DNA from: Aulosira sp. ZfuVER01
Lineage (GTDB): Bacteria > Cyanobacteriota > Cyanobacteriia > Cyanobacteriales > Nostocaceae
Assembly (NCBI GenBank): GCA_034530615.2
Contig: JAVRCV020000033.1
Coordinates: 64,001-128,000 of the forward strand
Reading direction: 5' to 3'
DNA length: 64,000 bases
Of the stretch, positions 59,015 to 64,000 are shown in pieces (position 1 is the stretch's first letter; each line of letters opens with the position of its first letter). Below the pieces are notes generated by a model. That model was given only the letters and a program-made list of their open reading frames with translations, was not told the origin of the DNA and made no database searches. The position numbers were made by a program, and so were the translations under genes.

Positions 59015-59126
59015 TATTTTCAGTAGCTACTAACAGTAATACTACTGAAGTAGGCTTTAATAATAAGTTTGGCGATCGCTCAAATCATTTAAACCTCGCT
59101 CTTATCTTAAATTTAAATAATTAACA

Positions 59127-59165
59127 TCTATCTTTTGATAGATAGGAATTTCATTTGATTTTCAT
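59127..59165 (+). promoter_or_regulatory. composite element: 7-2-7 palindrome + TTTCAT-N5-TTTCAT
   Basis: TCTATCT-TT-TGATAGA, 6 bp, TTTCAT-TTGAT-TTTCAT. Confidence 0.7.
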
Positions 59166-59250
59166 TTTTTTATGAAACGCTATTGATAGTAGAAAAAACA
59201 TTTTAAGTATTTCTAATACGATCGCTGCTTAAAAGCGATCGCTAAAAATT

Positions 59251-61854
59251 ATGTTAGTGAGGGGAAAAATTCTTTGGTTGAGGCTTTCTCGCCAGATGCT
59301 GCAACCAAGGCGCTTGGCTTTTGTTGAGGCGTGCGTAATTGGTTTAGTTTCTGGGCTGGCGGCAGTTGTGTTAGGACAAGCAGTGGACTGGGCTGGAGCA
59401 TGGCGAGTTCATGTTTCTTACCTTTGGCCTGCCTATTTAGTGTTACCTGCTATTGGACTCTTAGGAGGAGTCTTAGCTGGTTGGCTAGTAGAGCGCTTTG
59501 CACCGGAAGCATCAGGTAGTGGGATGTCGGAAGTGAAGGCGGTACTAGCTCGTGTACCGATGCCTTTGAATTTGCGGATTGCTCTAGTCAAATTGATCGG
59601 TGCCACCTTAGTACTGGGTTCTGGGATACCTTTAGGAAGGGAAGGGCCGACTGTGCAAATTGGGGCGGCTTTAGCCAATCAACTGAGTAATTGGGTGCCG
59701 ACTTCCCCAGAACATCGTCGTCAACTGATCGCCGCCGGAGCCGGAGCAGGGTTAGCCGCAGCTTTTAATGCGCCGATCGCAGGTGTTTTATTTGTAGTGG
59801 AAGAACTACTCCAAGATGTCTCAGGTATTACCCTTGGCACTGCAATTCTGGCTTCTTTTATCGCCTCAGTCATCTCCCGCCTCTATGGCAGTCATAGCCT
59901 CGATCTGAACATAAATTTAGCCGTTACCCATACAACATTCTTTGCGCAGGAAATCCCTTTCTACTTGATTTTGGGAGTGCTGGCTGGGCTACTAGGAATT
60001 ATCTTTAATAAAAGCGCGATCGCTAGTTTGGCACTCAACCGCCGCCTGCTACGCCTGAGTTTACCCTGGCGAATTGGATTTGTTGGGTTAATTACTGGTA
60101 TTGTTATTGCGCTTTTACCTGTAGCCTTTCGCAATCATGCTGGATTGCGAGATATGTTACTGACAGGTACTAGTGATTCAGTGTTGGCTGCGATCGCTTT
60201 TGTTGTCCAATTTAGCCTAATTATTTTAACATACAGTTCTGGCGCACCAGGAGGTTTGTTAGTTCCAACCTTGGTCTTAGGTGCTGCCCTTGGCTACTTA
60301 GTAGGTGCTACGCAAGAGAGTTTGCTAGGAATGAGTGCAGCCACAACCTATGCCCATGTGGGTATGGCGGCATTTTTTAGCGCTGTCTCGAAGGTGCCAA
60401 TTACTGCTGTTGTCATTGTATTTGAGATGACAACAGATTTTAATCTGGTGCTACCGTTAATGATTGTGTCTGTAGTTGCCTATTTAGTTGCAGAAAAAAT
60501 AGACCATAGGTCACTTTACGATTTGCTACTAGAATGGAAAGGCATTCATATAAAAAAAGAACCCGTTGCAGAGGGACTTTTAGCGCAGTTAAGTGCCGCA
60601 GATGTCATGCAGCGCCGTGTCGAAACTCTCTCGAGCAAAATGAGTATTGAGGAGGCAGTACAGGCATTTTCCCATTCTCACCATCGCAATTTCCCGGTTG
60701 TCGAGAATGGCAAACTTGTTGGACTTGTCACTCAAAAAGATTTAGTCAATACTGGCTCACAGCAGTTAGCTCGTGATACACCTATCGATCGGATTATGAC
60801 ACCAGAGCCAGTTACAGTCGGCCCTACAGCTACACTGGCTTATGTGCTGCATTTACTCAATCGTTATAACTTGAGCTGTTTGCCTGTTACAGAAAATCGC
60901 AAACTCATAGGAATTATTACACGCACTGATATTATCCGCGTTGAAGCCGAACGACTCAATGGCAATGTAGACAAAATCGAGCCGACGACGACATTACAAC
61001 CTTCTTATGTAATTTACCAAACTCGCGCTCCTGCTATTAGAAAAGGCAGATTGTTAGTACCATTGTCTCATCCGCAGACAGCCGAGACTTTATTAGAAAT
61101 GGCCGCAGCGATCGCTAAACAGAAAAATTACGAAATCGAATGTCTGCAAGTAATTATCGTGCCACGCGATCGCACTCCCGCGGAAACACCAGTGCAAACT
61201 TACAAAAGTCATCGTCTTTTGCAACAAGCTGTACAGTTAGGAGAAGATTGGCGAATTCCTGTGCATACACAGATTCGGGTTGCCCATGATGTTGCTGGGG
61301 CAATATTAGAGACTGTCAAAGAGCGACATATAGATTTAGTACTGATGGGTTGGAAAGGTAATACTTCCACTCCGGGCAGAGTTTTCAGCCGAGTTGTTGA
61401 TACTGTCATTCGCCAGGCTGCTTGTGATGTTGTGTTAGTGAAATTAAACGATCAAAAAGGTTTTGAGCGTTGGTTACTACCAATGGCAGGTGGCCCCAAC
61501 TCCAGCCAAGCCATTCAGCTATTACCTGCGCTAACTACTCTGAGTTCATCACCTGCTATTAAGCTATATCAGGTTTTTCAACCTACTGAATCTAAACCTG
61601 ACACCACATTGCTTGACAACTGTGTTCGCTTTCTTCAGCCGAGAGTTAGCGGTAAGGTAACTGCTACTCCAGTCTGTGCTAGTTCAGTTCCTGAAGCTGT
61701 CATTGATTGTGCCCAAAAAGACCACAGTGATGTGATTATCTTGGGCGCTAGTCGTGAAAGTCTTCTCAAGCAGGCAATTCACGGCAATATTCCCGAAAAT
61801 ATTTCTCGTAAGAGTAATTGCACAGTTATTTTAGTACGGAGTGCAACAGCATAA
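59251..61854 (+). CDS. ClC chloride/proton antiporter with CBS pair and tandem USP domains
   Basis: GSGMSE, GREGPTVQ, AFNAP.AG.LF..EE, GG...P; CBS repeats; C-terminal USP folds. Confidence 0.92.
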   Translation: MLVRGKILWLRLSRQMLQPRRLAFVEACVIGLVSGLAAVVLGQAVDWAGAWRVHVSYLWPAYLVLPAIGLLGGVLAGWLVERFAPEASGSGMSEVKAVLARVPMPLNLRIALVKLIGATLVLGSGIPLGREGPTVQIGAALANQLSNWVPTSPEHRRQLIAAGAGAGLAAAFNAPIAGVLFVVEELLQDVSGITLGTAILASFIASVISRLYGSHSLDLNINLAVTHTTFFAQEIPFYLILGVLAGLLGIIFNKSAIASLALNRRLLRLSLPWRIGFVGLITGIVIALLPVAFRNHAGLRDMLLTGTSDSVLAAIAFVVQFSLIILTYSSGAPGGLLVPTLVLGAALGYLVGATQESLLGMSAATTYAHVGMAAFFSAVSKVPITAVVIVFEMTTDFNLVLPLMIVSVVAYLVAEKIDHRSLYDLLLEWKGIHIKKEPVAEGLLAQLSAADVMQRRVETLSSKMSIEEAVQAFSHSHHRNFPVVENGKLVGLVTQKDLVNTGSQQLARDTPIDRIMTPEPVTVGPTATLAYVLHLLNRYNLSCLPVTENRKLIGIITRTDIIRVEAERLNGNVDKIEPTTTLQPSYVIYQTRAPAIRKGRLLVPLSHPQTAETLLEMAAAIAKQKNYEIECLQVIIVPRDRTPAETPVQTYKSHRLLQQAVQLGEDWRIPVHTQIRVAHDVAGAILETVKERHIDLVLMGWKGNTSTPGRVFSRVVDTVIRQAACDVVLVKLNDQKGFERWLLPMAGGPNSSQAIQLLPALTTLSSSPAIKLYQVFQPTESKPDTTLLDNCVRFLQPRVSGKVTATPVCASSVPEAVIDCAQKDHSDVIILGASRESLLKQAIHGNIPENISRKSNCTVILVRSATA

Positions 61855-61934
61855 ATGTTTATTATGCAACGCCTATTTAACCAGTCACAATCTAAAAATT
61901 TCTGACAAATAATTTGGCAATCGACAAAATCAAA

Positions 61935-62006
61935 AGCGGGTGATGGGACTCGAACCCACGACGTTCACCTTGGGAAGGTGACATTCTACCACTGAATTAC
62001 ACCCGC
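61935..62006 (-). tRNA. trnG: tRNA-Gly(CCC)
   Basis: GCGGGTGTAATTCAGTGGTAGAATGTCACCTTCCCAAGGTGAACGTCGTGGGTTCGAGTCCCATCACCCGCT; cloverleaf, anticodon CCC, no encoded CCA. Confidence 0.97.
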
Positions 62007-62069
62007 AAATAGCGGCTAGCCACAAGCTATAGCTAGGCGCTATTATACCACAATCTGCCAAGACTGAAT

Positions 62070-64000
62070 TTAAGAAGCAGATTTTTCCCGCTCTGATGGC
62101 AGGCTAATAACTTCATGTTCGCCAGATGAAGGACGGGGTGGTTTTTTGCCGAAGCCGTAGCGCAATGTATTGAGCAGCCAGTTTTGGAAGTTGTCAATAT
62201 AGCTAAATATCACTGGTACAACCACGAGAGTCAGTAGTGTAGAAGTTGTAAAACCACCCATAATCGCAATTCCCATTGGTTGGCGGACTTCTGAACCGAC
62301 ACCAATTCCTAAGGCTAGAGGTAGAGTACCGGCAATTGTAGCTAACGAGGTCATCATAATTGGGCGCAAGCGTGATATACCAGCTTCTATGAGTGCTTGA
62401 CGTTGGCTTTTGCCTTCTTGCATGTTGATGATTGTATAGTCCACTAACAGAATTGAGTTTTTAGTAACAATCCCCAACAGCAGTACAATCCCAATTAAAG
62501 CATAGAGTCCTAAGGGTTTTTGCATTACCATCAAGGCTACAAGTGCGCCGCCTAAACAAAAGGGCAAGGCTGCCATAATCGAGAATGGATGCAGGAAGTT
62601 GTTATATAGCAACACGAGAATTGCATAGATGCACAAAATTGCTAATCCCAAGGCGCTACCAAAACCTCTGAAGATGTCTTGCATAATTTTTGCACCGCCG
62701 GAGGGTTGCTGTACTACTCCTGGGGGCAAGTTTTGCATGATTGGGAGTTTATTGACTGCTTGGACTGCTTCTCCGAGAGCGATACCTTGCAAGTTGGCTT
62801 CTACTGCAACTTGACGGGCGCGATCGTAGCGGTTGATGGTTGCAGGGCCGCTACCAAAGCGGATATCTGCAACGGCGAGGAGGGGAACTAAGCTGCCGTT
62901 TTGACTGGGGACTTGGAGATTTTTAATATTGTTGATGTCTGCACGTGCTCTAGGATCGATTTGTATTCGGATGGGAATTTGCCGATCGCTTAAATTATAT
63001 TTAGCTAAATTCGCATCATTATCACCAATAGTAGCGAGGGAGGCAGTACGCGCGATCGCTTGCACTGTTACACCCAAATCGGCTGCACGTTGCGCATCGG
63101 GAATTACCAGAATTTCTGGTTTCACCAAACTGGCGGTAGAAGAGACTTCCACTAATCCGCTTAAGGTTCGCATCTGCTTTTCTAGTGCCTCAGCAGCTTG
63201 TCTGAGAGCTTCGGGATTTTCACTCCGCAGAACTATTGATAAACCTTTACGGCTATCACCAGGTACTTGACTTTGGAAACTGACTCTCGCTCCTGGTATT
63301 TGCTGGAATAAAGGGCGTATTTGTTCCTCAAACTGTTTTTGCGAAATTTTCCGTTCTTCTTTGGGTTTGAGATTGACAGCGAGGTTAGCTGTATTTAGAT
63401 CTTCAGTAGCTAGCACCTGTTCAACTACAGGGTTTTTTAGGAGGATATTAGTTGTCTGTGTAACTACCTGATTCATGTCTGCCAAGGTGGAACCAGGTGG
63501 AATTTCTATAGCTATGCTGGAAAGACCGTAGTCACCATCATCAACGAAACCCTTGGGAATTAAGGGAACTAGCATCAGACTAGCAATAAAGAAAGCTAGG
63601 GCGATCGCAATTGTTGTTAATCTATGGCGTAATGCCCATTGCAACAGCAATTTATAAGGCTGAAATGTCCGAGGCTTAAGAGTGCTAAGTTTTTTGTTTT
63701 TGTTGTGGCGCGTGGGTATTTTAAATTTAAAATTTGAAAATGGGGTAAATCTAGCCTTTTTCTGTGTATGGTCTTTATCCTTGAGCAAATACGCCCCCAT
63801 CATTGGGGTTACCATCCGAGCGACTAAAGTTGAGAAAATTGTGGAAATAGCAACCGTAAAGCCAAAGGGTTGGAAAAATTGCCCAGGAATACCACCCATA
63901 AAAGCTACGGGCATAAATACAGCAATAATTGTTGCGGAAGAAGCCATTACAGCTAATCCCACTTCTTCGGAAGACTCATAAGCCGCTTGCATAGCTGATT
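62070..64000 (-). CDS. RND efflux permease (AcrB family), C-terminal part
   Basis: IAVFMP, GIVTKNSILLVD, RLRPIMMT, STLLTLVVVP; frame continues beyond the window. Confidence 0.93.
   Translation of the reverse strand, partial: SAMQAAYESSEEVGLAVMASSATIIAVFMPVAFMGGIPGQFFQPFGFTVAISTIFSTLVARMVTPMMGAYLLKDKDHTQKKARFTPFSNFKFKIPTRHNKNKKLSTLKPRTFQPYKLLLQWALRHRLTTIAIALAFFIASLMLVPLIPKGFVDDGDYGLSSIAIEIPPGSTLADMNQVVTQTTNILLKNPVVEQVLATEDLNTANLAVNLKPKEERKISQKQFEEQIRPLFQQIPGARVSFQSQVPGDSRKGLSIVLRSENPEALRQAAEALEKQMRTLSGLVEVSSTASLVKPEILVIPDAQRAADLGVTVQAIARTASLATIGDNDANLAKYNLSDRQIPIRIQIDPRARADINNIKNLQVPSQNGSLVPLLAVADIRFGSGPATINRYDRARQVAVEANLQGIALGEAVQAVNKLPIMQNLPPGVVQQPSGGAKIMQDIFRGFGSALGLAILCIYAILVLLYNNFLHPFSIMAALPFCLGGALVALMVMQKPLGLYALIGIVLLLGIVTKNSILLVDYTIINMQEGKSQRQALIEAGISRLRPIMMTSLATIAGTLPLALGIGVGSEVRQPMGIAIMGGFTTSTLLTLVVVPVIFSYIDNFQNWLLNTLRYGFGKKPPRPSSGEHEVISLPSEREKSAS

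Noticed and set aside
2184..63981. Other short ORF-track entries nested in or antisense to long genes
   Set aside because: Shadow frames of well-supported genes

Overview
AT-rich chromosomal window from a filamentous, Nostocales-like cyanobacterium (dense HIP1 GCGATCGC sites, STRR heptamer runs, small dispersed repeats). Most of the window is an accessory-looking stress and carbon-metabolism region lying 3' of a tRNA-Gly(CCC). It carries glucan hydrolases and a glucose dehydrogenase divergent from an ARTO-type heme-copper oxidase operon with NDH-2, a gluconolactonase/GMC pair, extra FtsI and PBP1A genes, two two-component systems, a NarB-like molybdoenzyme with NarM, a ClC antiporter and many gene remnants. 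The strongest unexplained signals are non-coding. (i) A duplicated ~760-bp cassette: 3x11-bp TACCCGATTTY repeats, a covarying hairpin, a second repeat triplet, then 72 bp to a small ribbon-helix-helix-like ORF. (ii) Four promoter regions share a composite element: a 16-bp 7-2-7 palindrome exactly 6 bp before TTTCAT-N5-TTTCAT. No CRISPR array, integrase or transposase was seen. All calls are by eye, with no database searches.
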